Made by a program: the position numbers and the translations under genes. Of a stretch of 64,000 nt of DNA, positions 38,175 to 50,900 are shown piece after piece. The notes under the pieces were generated by a model that did not search any database, was not told the origin of the DNA, and was given only the letters and a program-made list of their open reading frames with translations. The DNA comes from Tubiluchus corallicola (taxonomy: Eukaryota; Animalia; Priapulida): the NCBI GenBank assembly GCA_030141605.1, contig JAQGDQ010000002.1, positions 1,860,001-1,924,000 of the forward strand, read 5' to 3'. Every line of letters begins with the position of its first letter. Within the stretch, counting starts at the first letter, position 1.

Positions 38175-38925
38175 ATGAATTCGGACGTGAGTCAGAAGAG
38201 AAAACAGTTGTCCAAGTCCGACACGATGGCTTTGTCGGATAACGAACGTGGTAAACTAACTACAGAACAAATAGAAAAAAAGGAAGAGCAAAAAGAGGAA
38301 AACACTGCAAAAACGACAACGACAAAAACACCTACAACAACGTCAACTCCAAGTACGCCGAGGCGACGGTCGAGTTTTGTGGACCATATTCGTGCCAGGC
38401 AAGGTCTGGGCACCCCGAATAATCCAGACAGTGGGTTTCAGTCGCTATCATCATCAACATTGTTATCTTTTTCAAGATTCTCGTTCTCAGACACGAGTGA
38501 AATCTGTCCTGTCTCCCCGCAAAGACAACTGACCAGTCCAGGTGACATACCCGGTGACGTATTTCCATTCGAACTGGGCATGGATTCTGGAAGTGACTCG
38601 CCATCGCCGGGTTACGATGATGTGGACGCTATTCCCTTTGTTGAAAATGACCAAAGAGTTATCCCCGGGGGTGCCACGTCTTCAGAGGACTCCGTCCAGA
38701 CTGTTTCGTTTGATTTCGTGCGCGGGGCAGGAAGTTGTTTGAGTGTCCACCCTGCTACTTTGTCCACTATCCCAAGCCGTTGCTCAACTCCTGTCAATAT
38801 GCAGGTACCCCGCCCGAGTGACCTCCAGAACAGGGCCTTGCCCGGTTATTGCCTTATCAGTCCGGTAGCTTGCCGGTCCATAGGGACCCAGACGTCTGTG
38901 GAGGGAACAATAGCAGCTAGACGGG
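38175..38925 (+). CDS. BH3-only candidate, first coding exon (degrons and LC8-binding TQT motif)
   Basis: A GC-rich 253-aa ORF in an AT-rich background with canonical splice sites. The start could alternatively be the ATG at 38226 (MALSD..., better Kozak context). Confidence 0.85.
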
Positions 38926-41900
38926 GTAAGTGCTAACTAAAATAATCGTAAGTGTTCAACGCAAGCGATAATTTAAATAATAATTGAAACCTTGGCATTT
39001 GAAAAATTCTGATTTTAAAGAAAAGTAATAAAAACTACAATCTAAGATTACAAAAAATTAAAGGAAAAGTCAAAACCGTTTCCAATAAAGTTTTCCATTA
39101 GTTTCGTTCATTGTCGTGGATTTATTTTCTTTTCCATTATTAAAAAGACATACTTTGAGATTTTCGCTGTAATGTCTCTGTTCCGTTGGGATGTCGCAAT
39201 ACGTAAATTCGTTGTTGGAAATAATTAATTTACTCGTAAATATGCGCAGAAAATACGTACGTACATTGCATTTTTTGTTTAATAAAAAGGAAAAGGTTTT
39301 TAAGTCGTCGCGCTAATTAAGACACTGCCCTAACGTAACGCATTTCGTTTGAATTTTCGACTGTTGTAATTTTGCAAAATGATAAACGTTTTACTTAAAT
39401 AATATCGCTATAATTTTGAAAACGTCTTTTGAATGAACCGTCTTCAACGTTTAATTTATAAATATAATGCTGGCAATTGTAACGATAGATAAAATAAGGA
39501 TATTATTCTGATATGATTTCAAAACATTTTGCACGTGCATGCGTCAACACGAGCAACCTTACGAAAACGTTTTATTACTGTAAACTCTGTGATAAAATGT
39601 TAAAGTCGTGATGAGAATTAGTTAGGTCAATTCGTTTTCTGCATCTGAGCGGCAAGTCAGATTTTATGTGATTCGAACATTTTTAGAATTTTAACTTTAG
39701 TAATATTTATGCAGTATTTTTTGCTATTTTTAGCTTCGTAGAAATTTTAGTGTTTTTTAGCATTTTGTTGTTTGGTGTTGTTGTATTTAGATACTTTAAC
39801 ACATATAAAATCATGTGTACATTTTTAGAAAAATTTAGTTTTAGTCTTTAATTTTGTTTTAATGTTGTCTATTTTAATTCACAATTTTCAACGATTTCTT
39901 CTTTCCGTTCATTCTATTTAAATAAATTTGTTACTGTGTTAGTTATCAGAACTTAGTGCAGGTAAATACAGTAATATTATGTAAATTTAAAATTTAAAAA
40001 CAGACTAAGTTCAAGGCGTACGAAAAAGTTTACTTAACGAAAAACTAACTTTAAAGGTTTGTGTACATTTATACATAGCCCTTAACCTAAATTTGACGAC
40101 GATAACGACGGAGACTTTAGCGACGATACTGAGAGCATGCATATTAAAATGATGTCACTTTAATTAATTCTATGTTATTTGTATAAAAGTATGCTCTATG
40201 TGCATAAATAACGTAACTTCCGCGCTATAAACGGCATCGTTAATTGCACTGAAGGTCTGAAGGTACTAGTAGCTAATTAAAATACGATCTGATGCTCACA
40301 AATATTATAGGTTACCTACGTATAACAATTAAGTGTCCATGATTATGTTACTATAAACATTCCTTAACTCAACATTCACCAAATTGTCCAAACATAAAAA
40401 ACCGCAAAAACAGTATGCCAGCCATGAATCAGATTAGACCCGTATATTGACTCTGAATAAACGATGCTGGGATTTCCCCCTCTTAATTACATCATCCACG
40501 CTATTTGTGTGTACACTCACTCACTCAGTCTGTTACTTGAGTTTAATTGACTCTGATTACTAGAATTATTATTCGCTGTGTCATGGCGCTGTTGTATTTA
40601 CTCTTTTATCATAGTATTTAAACAGAGCAGGGTACTGGCACTGTCGCAATTCATCAAACTTAAAATTACTGAGCTAAAATAAACATTTTAATGACGCCAT
40701 TATTCTAAAACAAAGTAGAAACGTGGGACGAATTAGCGGATATCCGAATTTTTTTCATTATCGAACGCAACAAAAGCCCGTAATTTATGCACATCGATCT
40801 GCCATTGTTTTAGATATCAAACAGACGATAATTATGATAAATTAGCAGATATATTGCCGGCAAATTTGAAATTTAAATTTCTGCTGCAGACGAATTAGCA
40901 TTTAAACGTAAAATATGGTCGTAATGCACAAGCCATAAAACAATGGCGTTGTGTAATAAACTGATAAAGATGGTGGGTCGGTAGAGATTTAATGGTTGTT
41001 AAGAGAGTAGTTAAACTGCAAGTGAATCATCTGCTCAACTCAGAGAGATGAATCAACTTCGGGCCTGGTGAAAAGTTCACGAAGTGCCGATGCCATCACA
41101 AAAAGTTAAGATCTTGATTTGCATAGGCCTATACCGTATAAAAACGAGATTTTGAAAAGTTTTTCAGTTCTTTTAAATATCTCCGGTTTTCACAGAAGTA
41201 TATCAGTTTTGTCGCTAAAAATAATTCCAAAAGTAGAGTAAGAATTCTAATTCAGCTATACAGTCTATAACAGCCATGGATTAAAACCATTGAGTCATAA
41301 TCAGTCATTTTACTTTTGCTTTGAGAAGGAAAAAATTTACTTTCTGTGTGACTCGGTGGCGCTGACTAAAGGCGTTTTGATTGTTAGCTATCCTAGCGTA
41401 ATAATTAACTCGGCTCCCAGAACTTGCAAATTGTGTAGACTGTATCTTTGCGTCACCCCCTATATTTATAAAAACAACAGGCCATGTTTACAGCATTTAA
41501 AGTTAATTTTAAACCTTACCTGAATTCATAATTTTACATTGATGGAAGTTACCCAAGTCACTTACACTAAAAGAAGTGAGTTTATTTTCTAATTTATTTG
41601 TTATGGATTTGTGTTGTCCCCATGCGCTTTGCTATCAATTTAAAATCTCAGGTACTTGATAGAATCTTAACTAATTAGGCCATTGAAATAATTCTAAAAG
41701 ACAGCTGCAGTCATGTAAACTTGATTCTTATTGATTAATCCATATTACATTCATGTCTTAATAATAGTAACGGGGTGGATTATCAAGATTTTGTCGCCAA
41801 GATAACATTACAAATAAAAACCACAATACACGCACGCGGCTTGCTTTATAAACTAGGCTTATACTAATCGAATTGATTTTTAATGGTTAAGTGCATATAC

Positions 41901-44900
41901 TTTACAGATGGCCATGTGCAAATGGAAATAACCCCTGTACAAATAAGGCATTTGTTTTTGAGATCGATTACACATCTGACGATCGCTTAATTGTTTTTAG
42001 ATCAACAAGTTGATAATAAGGGGGATAATTGAATAGATCAGGAACAGAAAGGGATCAGTGTAAAGAGACTAAAAAGAGTAGATGTTTTGTTAACAGATGG
42101 CGCTGTTCACCAGGGAAAGGAAAGGAGAGTGGTTAGTGAGAAAGCCATTTTTAGGGAAAAAATCGAAATTGATGTTCACATAAAGGCGAACAAATATAAA
42201 GAGAAACAAAAAGAAAGAGAACGTGAGAGAGAGGGGGAGGCACAGAGAAAGAGAGAGGAAACGATAAAAGAGAGTATTGACTTTTCTAAATCTGGCTCAT
42301 AACCATAGGGAATAAAAGTTTTTGTTCGCATAAAAACAGATAATTAGGTTTACACTTTCACGTGTGCAGACACTACTTCACATCATTTTGCTATCCAAAC
42401 TAAAAAACGCTTACGTATTTATCACTGCTCTGCTACAGCCATCATCCTGTCGTTTTGTAATTACACTAATACAACTATGATAATGGATTTGGTAATACAT
42501 TTTACCCAGTGACCACCTGATATCATTTGACCTGTGATGTATCATCATCAATACGTGATAATGTTGTTGAGTGTTGACCTGCTATGATTAGAATTTGTAT
42601 GAGCTGAGCCACAGGTTAATGAATATTTCACTAAACCTGTTGCCTTTCAGTGTCTGTCATCACCTCTTGTCACAAGCTTATGACAAATAATAATGCACAC
42701 AATGGTTGTGCAGGGAAGTTTATCCAAACCATCTGGAGTGATCATGTTTTTGGTTGTCATTCATTACCACCCTGATCAATTCAGTATGCCGCGTTGTTAT
42801 TGGTTTAGTCAACGCTTGCTTATACTCTGTTTTCAGCATATTTGGTATATTTACAGCTTTTATCTTGTTACAAAAGTAAAGCAAATTGACATCTGGCCGC
42901 AACCATTGAACTCATTGAAGATCCCATTTTGATTATGTAGTGGTTAGTCATCTAACTGGTGCAGCTGTATTAACTTTCACCTGTGTCTGATTGCGCAATC
43001 AGGTGAAACACTCTTGAGCTCATCAATTCAGAATGTTGAAATAATTGATCGGTAACTCAAATGTGCTTTAACAGATCGAGGTAACCTGTTTTTGTACTTA
43101 CTAGTGAAAGTAATAGGCCACCTTCTACCTGCGCAGTTAGTTAAACCTGCTTATTGGTAGCTGTAATTACCAAGCAGTGCAGTATCTGCATTGCTTGTTG
43201 GTTTCCAAGTAACATCTTGATTACTCATGCAATATTACAAAATTGAAGTTATTATTGTACCTAATCTGTTATTGTAAGTATGACCCAATAGTTTATACTC
43301 AGTAGTTTAGTATAAAAATGACTTATTATTCTTTGAAGTTTCGACAGAATCGCTGACGATGAAAGTGGTTCTGATTTTAGATTTTCATGTAAAACAGAGC
43401 AGGCGTTTTTGGCGTAGGCTTGGCACCGGACGGCTTCAGAAGTATTTCTTGTTGTAACACGTCTAGAAACATATCGGTCTACCTAACGTCACCAGGCCCA
43501 GGTTACCATAGCAGCTTCCAAATTCTCTTTGGTGTAATTAGGTTGCTTAGGGTGACTCACTAGTTTACCGCTCTAGTACGTATGAGGTATATGTGTGTAC
43601 AATGATTAGCCAATACCAAATTAGGAGATGCTCACACGGCTGTAAGACAAATAATGTATCAGTGCGCCGTGAGCGCGGAGCTTGCACGAAAGTTGTAGGT
43701 TAAGCGTGTAATGTAGATGTCACGTGATGCTGTTTAAATTGATTTTTTTCAAAAACTGCTTTAAATTCTTTGAATAAAATGTTTTTGTCACGATTTGAAT
43801 GGTTTTAATGCTACGTTATTTAATGTAGTTTATTTGTTTCTTTAATACGGCGTCTTCGTAAAGGCGTAGTTTAGTGGCTTAAGCTAAAGTCATGATGACA
43901 TGAATTGGCCCATAGATGACTTAATTCATGTTAGTTATATTGTTTTTTTGCATACTATATATAAGCTAGTTATGTTCTCAGGCCTTGTGGGCGGTATAAA
44001 AATAATGTCAGTACGTCACAAAAAAAACATTAGCAAGATTTCCGTTAGTGGTTCAACTGTTGATTGACAACATACGTCAGAGTTTACTTTGTAAGCTATT
44101 TGTAGGTTTTATTTAGCAAAACTACAGTGACTCATCAGGGAGTGGCTATGCTGCAAAGGCACTGCTAAACAAGCTTAAAAACGCGACTTACAGTTGTAAA
44201 TTGTAATTAATAACTTGTACTTTTATAAAATACATTTAGTTATAAATAACGTAAAAGTGAAAAGCAAGGCAGTAGAATTAATATCACTAATAGTTTTTAT
44301 TGTTTTTTTCGTTACTTTGTGTTAATAGCTCACTAATCACCAAACGATCATGGTCCGCGTTTCACTATATTTTTCTTTTATTTTTACGTTTTTATTGCTT
44401 CGTTTGTTGAAATTGGCGATCATCCAACCCTGCACGAGTGTACGGCCGCATGTTTAACACCACTTGATCGATAACGGTGATAAGTAAAATATCAATTATG
44501 TTAGTAAACATAGTAAAGAAATTATTGACAACCAAAAAGACCGCACCAACTCGATAAGTACGTACTACTTTGAGAATACAACATGCATGATCTACGTACT
44601 ATAGTGGCCCACGTTAATCAATAGGGTAAGTTTAATCATTACACATGTAGGCCCTATAGTGTTACTTAAGCCTATTAATAACTAGCAAACGTTAATTCTC
44701 GTTAATGGAAATAATTACCATAATGCTTGACCGAGTCAGTGACCATCACTTGAGCAACGCATGCAACTGCCAAACAGAAAATCAGACAAGATGGCAATTG
44801 TGCAATTCTGGGATGAAGTTGGTTAGTGACCTTGCTCATCATTTCCGCCTTATTTAAATGTCGTTACATGTTGTTCTACTTTCCTACCATGCAAAAATCG

Positions 44901-47900
44901 CACATCTAGTCATAACCGTGATTATCAGTGATTTTATCATTTTTGCAATGAGGCCCAAGTTAGTAGTGTTGCTACACAATGCAATAATTTTTATTCATTG
45001 TTTCTAAGCTGAAAGTCGACCTAATTTGTAACTCATTACAACAATATTCATTTCACGTCAGAAAAACGATGTTTTCTTTCGTTTTTTTGAAAAACTTCCA
45101 GATAGATAGATGGATAGGTAGATAGATAGATAGACAGACAGATAGGTAGATAAGATCTTTATTAACGAATATTGTAGCGTCCTCCTTTCCACATCCATAA
45201 ATAACATCCTTTCAATTGCAGCTGTTGAACGTCTGAGGACCAAACTAGTAACATTCAGTTTACTAGAGTTTTATCTTACTAAATAAACTGAATTTTTCTC
45301 TTCTAACTGAAATTTTTGCCAGTGATATATAACAGCGATATAGACAAAATTAGTCATTTTATTGAAATGATGCCTACGCGCCCGCTTCCGGTAAAGGGAT
45401 CTATTTCCGGAAAATGTAGAATAGACGCTTGTCAGTCATGCTGATTATCAGTCTAGTGCATGGTCCTTGCCAAATTTCACGGGTACGTGATCTAAGCAAA
45501 TATTTTGGTGAGTATGATTCATGACCTTTATTTGGTTAGGGTGTGGCTAATGATTAAGACACCTGCATGGTGGCCTAGTTTCGGAAGCTTGACTCACCTT
45601 GATTATCGATCTTCTCTTGATGTCATCTTGGCCTACTGGCAACATTGTAAGGGATGAAAGCGAATGGTGAAACAGTACATCAGTTTTTAGTAGTTTGACT
45701 ATCTGAACAGGCACAGTACTTTTAGATAATCGCACCAGTACTAATTCTAGTACTTTTTAACAACTTTCTAACAAATAAAAGAATCATTGCAAATCGACTA
45801 TAGCTTAAGAGTCTATAAAGTTCATGGACATCGTCATCAGAGAAAGTGTACAAAAAATCCTCGAAATTATGTAAACAAACTCTTTCCAGGCGTGAACTTT
45901 GTATCACACAGACGTTTAGCTACCATGCGGTACATTGCACTATAGACCTCTTACGACAGTACTAATCTGTGCATTTCTCTTGCATGGTCATTGAACCAGG
46001 TTGTTTATCGCATCTGTCCGTTGCATCTATATTTGCGTGAATAGCAGTTTGACCTGTGTGACAATATTTTTACCGTTTACATTGAATGTCGTGTTTAAAA
46101 CACGTAATTTATATAACACATTTTTAATTTAGTTTGGTTGGACATCGAACGAATGTGACAATTTTAAAATAACGTTAAATTTATGCTAATACTTGGTTTA
46201 ATGCGTTTGTGAGGAGAAATAAAGGGTATGCCTTGACTACACTGATCAAGTTGTTACACGATACCGGACTCATGTCTGGAAGTTTTGTCCAAAATCCATC
46301 TTGGGAAAGGTCTCTTTCAAGCTGATAAGAGCATTGACCAAACTCAAAAGAAATTTTGAATAGGGTAATACTCCAGCTATGTCAAGCATTGTTCACTGGT
46401 CACTGTGGTTGTACAATCACTCGACATGTGTGATTCATGTCTGGGACAATATCGTTTTGCTAAACGCTTTTGTTACAAATGTTTTTGATGAAAGTACGTC
46501 AGATAAAGCACATTAAACAATGGCCTGGAGGTCAGGCAAACACACATGCTCGCCTTGCCGCATCGGTTGATCTACTGATATTAGGAACTTCGATCACGTG
46601 ATTTCACCGCCAACTGTCCTATCATACACCTGGCAAATGACGTAATACATATCTTAAAGATTGTTTCTTTAAAAGAAAGTCGTGCATGAGACTATGACGA
46701 AATTAAAACTTTTCGTACCCGTGACGCCAAGAACGGATTGATAATAGTGCTAATTTTTGCATTGGTGAAATAACCTTATATAGATTTTTACTTGTGTTCG
46801 TAAATGCTAGCGATATTTTTAATCCATTTTAATAGCGCTAATGTTTATAGGCGTCACGCCATTAACAATTACTTGCAAATTTCCATGCTTTTTAAATTAA
46901 AATTTCAGCGCACTATAATCACACCTAAGCTATCAAATGCCCTGCGTTTTCCACAGTCTAGTTGATTAATGCTGACGTTAATGTTGTAACTTATAACAAT
47001 AATGGACTATTTATACTATCAGGCTTATTAAATCATTTACACAAGCGATCAGATCGCATGAAGGCATGGCGCACAGTGGCAGGTGGCACTGTGCCGTCAT
47101 TTTGGCAGCCCACCCACGACAAATTTGCTCGAAAATGCGTATTTTTTTCGTTGATATTGTGTGTGTGTGTGCCGCTTTTGCTTTTGATAATTCGTTATTT
47201 AGTAAATCAGTAAAAGTGAATCATTTTCCCTGGAAACTCTAAAATGCGTGATTGTAACTGTATCATTCCTTGAATCTTGGGACTTTACAACAATTAGGTG
47301 TAGTGACGCCACACCATTTATCATAACTATTATAAAATTCGACGAAGCCTGTCTTCACTTGTGTCATATCATTTGTTAAAGTGGTTTAAACAGCATAACA
47401 CACTGCGTCGCCAAATGGTCTACTAAATACCATTAATTGTCTTGTTGCTAAAGGTCTATAGAATCATATTGTCTCGCAGATTTACAGAATGACTATAATA
47501 ACAAATGTGACGCGTTAGTATTTTATTATTCGCTGAAATCTACAAAAATAAAATTGCTGACTATAAAGACTAGTCACATGCAGTTTCTTGTTATAATGTT
47601 GTATAATACGATCGTATTCGTTGCAATTCTTCTACAGCTATTGATTAATAGTGAGACAAACTTGTTATAGTATCTTGGTCTTTATACATCTCTACATAGA
47701 CATCCTTATTATAGGGGCTTCTAATAAAGTGCATTACATATTTCGCTTTTTTACGTGATATTTAATATATAAATGTTGTAGTTAAGTAATGGTGTTTTAT
47801 ATGATCTGTATGTTTTAAGTGATGATTCAACGATGTAACCTGCAGTAACGGTACACATGTATTGTATATTCCCTCATAATTACGAAATGATGATAAATTA

Positions 47901-50900
47901 TAATTTTTATATTGATTCAAATATAGCGTGTAATTAAAACTATTGTGACAACTACTAACGATGATGATGATGGTAATGATCATGGTGATCATTATTGAAA
48001 ATTCATGTTTACATAAATGGGTAATACACTTGCTGCTATAAAAATTGCTACGCAATATGCCAAAACGTTAATCAACTTCCGATGTTTATCGTAATAATTT
48101 GAATAAAATTTTGGGTTTATGTGACCACAGTTGGGCCTAGTTTGTATTTGAGCATTTGAGCTCTATTGTTGATAGCTTCAATACGGCAAAACATGAACTA
48201 AATTTTGCAGATATTTGGACATTTCTAAAGATGTTACAACGTATGTCAATAATGACATTTTCTTTTGCATATGCGTCAATGGTTTCTCTTCTATTGTGCA
48301 GATGTCAGAAATAATGCTGTCCACTAATTCTCTTCGAAACTTTAGCCTGTTTTATTGGCTTACATGATCACATATAATAATAAATGTTCAAGTCTTTGAC
48401 TCTTTGCTACTTTATCTTGCCACAGACACAAACTATGCGTTTCCCTAGTTTAAACAATAGATATTTGCTTGGTATTTGTTTCAGAATATGTTAGCATCTA
48501 CCAATAATCTGATAGCACTACCAACAGTTATTTATTAGATGTACCATCTACGCCGTTTGTGACATTCCCTCGGCTTTTCCCGCGTTTTGCGATTCTGTGC
48601 TTTAATTGTTTAGCTTTTTTGCGCTATACTTCTAAAATATTAATGCATTTTTTCCGTGTTCTTTTTTCAACGACGCACGATATATTGAAACGCTGTGCCA
48701 TTTTTTCCATAGATGGAGAAGTACAGTATTACAAAATATGCAAAAAATGTATATTAACTGTATATTAATTGTTTAAGTATATTCCAAAAACTGTGATGGG
48801 AATTACTTTTATTATACTGACTTTTATTATACTGAATCACACAAGTATTTCCCTTAGAAGTTGCTGACGACTATGGTAACGACGTACTTTATCGCTATTT
48901 CAACATCAATAAAGTCAATCAGACTAACGAACTAGAGCGCTAATACGATGACGACGACGACGATGATGATGATGATGATGATGACGATGACTGGAATCAA
49001 ATGGTGGTGGATTTTTTACACAAGTTCGATTTAGCTTTTCAGGGGTTTCACACCTGCTTCATCTTATAAAAACCCCAGGTGCATATTGAATAGGTCAAAA
49101 ATCTTGGCCTCGTTCAAAACTGCGCATCCATTCGTTTATTGGGGGCGAGCCAATAAAAATATCATAGCTGTTTTTGAAAGGATTGCTCTGGATTCTAGAA
49201 TTAAAATTTTTTTAAAGATGCTGTTTGCAAAAAGATTGTATTATTTGCAACATAGACAAATGTTTCGAAAACAAATTCATTCCATTTAAAAGTTATGAAT
49301 TTCATTTCACACTCTGTTTTGCGTCAGCCTTTATTCGCACACCTCTCATGAGTTTATTATAATTTTATGCCAAGATATTTAAACTACGAGTGCTCCGTGG
49401 AGCCAAATTAATTTCTGATATTAAACTCAGGATTTTAAAAAGTCAACAAGGTAGATTAAGTTTTGCCTACATTGAAAAAAGTTCATTGAATTTCAATTTG
49501 ATGTGAAGTCCATTGATTCAGCTCATGCACAATGAGATTTGTTTTCTCTCATGCTGCGATTGTAATTTAAAATTTAACTGCTTGAATTGCGATGAAAATA
49601 AACCCCCAAGCCACACAATTTGACTTCATGTACAACAAAAGAGCCTCCTTTTTATTTGTTGGAAAGTAGTTTAAATGCCCGTCTTGCATATACGCTATGT
49701 TTCATCAGCTGTTCGTGGACTGACTGCTCGATTGAAAGCCATTGATTAAAAATCGATTGCGATAGCCCCTGGTTGAGAAAATGGCGACCAATTATAATTC
49801 CACTGCCTCATAACTCAAATTAGCAGTAATTAAGTGAATCGGAGAAACAGCATAGCGCGTTTTTATCCGCAGGGGGTTCATTTAAAGGGATTAATTTCAA
49901 TAAAATTTAAAAACCAAGACTAAACAGATGCAAATGTTCTCGCAGTATAGTACACCTGCGCGTGACGTCATCACAGTTATGCTCCGCCTAATATGAACAG
50001 CGCTATTGTTGTTAAAACACAAAAGCATTGAAACGAACTATGGTTATTACCCAGTTATCCCATACCCACCGCTAAATCGATTGTAATAATTATTGTAATC
50101 GATTTTGAAATAGTAGATAAGTACTGTGGATTTGCTTGCAATGCTAATTATAATGATTTATTACACAGAATAGACGGCAAAAAGGAAAAAAATGTACTTC
50201 TAAATTAAATGATGTAAAAATTGCTTTTCTTGGTAAGAATTTTACCTTAGCATGTTAATCGCTCTTAATGTGTGCAATTGGCATTTTCATATTTTCTTGC
50301 TCGTGAAAATGGCACAGTAGCTTGTTCGCTGCATAGAAATCATCTATTTGTTATTATCAAATCATGAACAACTAGGTACAATTTTATTCAATTTGCATTG
50401 CGTATGATTACTTTTACACTGCATGACAGTTATTGTTTGTGTGATTACATAACGTTTAATGTGCCATTGATTTTATCATTTAGGTCCATTATACCAACTA
50501 CGCTGCGTGATTTTGACTGCGAAAGAGTAAAAACCTGAATTATAGATGATAATACTTTATGATGCATAGATTATCATGATCATTACTGCGTGAATGGGCG
50601 ATGATGGGGGTGTATAAATTGGTTAGGCTGATTCTTCTGAGTTGCTGTTAAATGAGCTATAGCAACATCTGTTAAATTGCTGTTTAAACGTTACGCATCA
50701 CGCATTTGAATTATTGTGACATTGTGCAATACAACACTTCAATGTTGGTGGTCGTGGCGTTGTGGCTTCAAGAAAAAATACTATCGAATTTTGCTTAGCA
50801 TTAAATATTACTGTAGTATGAAAAAAACGAGAAGCCACCTTAATTTAGCATAAGCAGTTAGCATTATGGTTGTATATTAAGATAAAAATGCTTTAATTTA

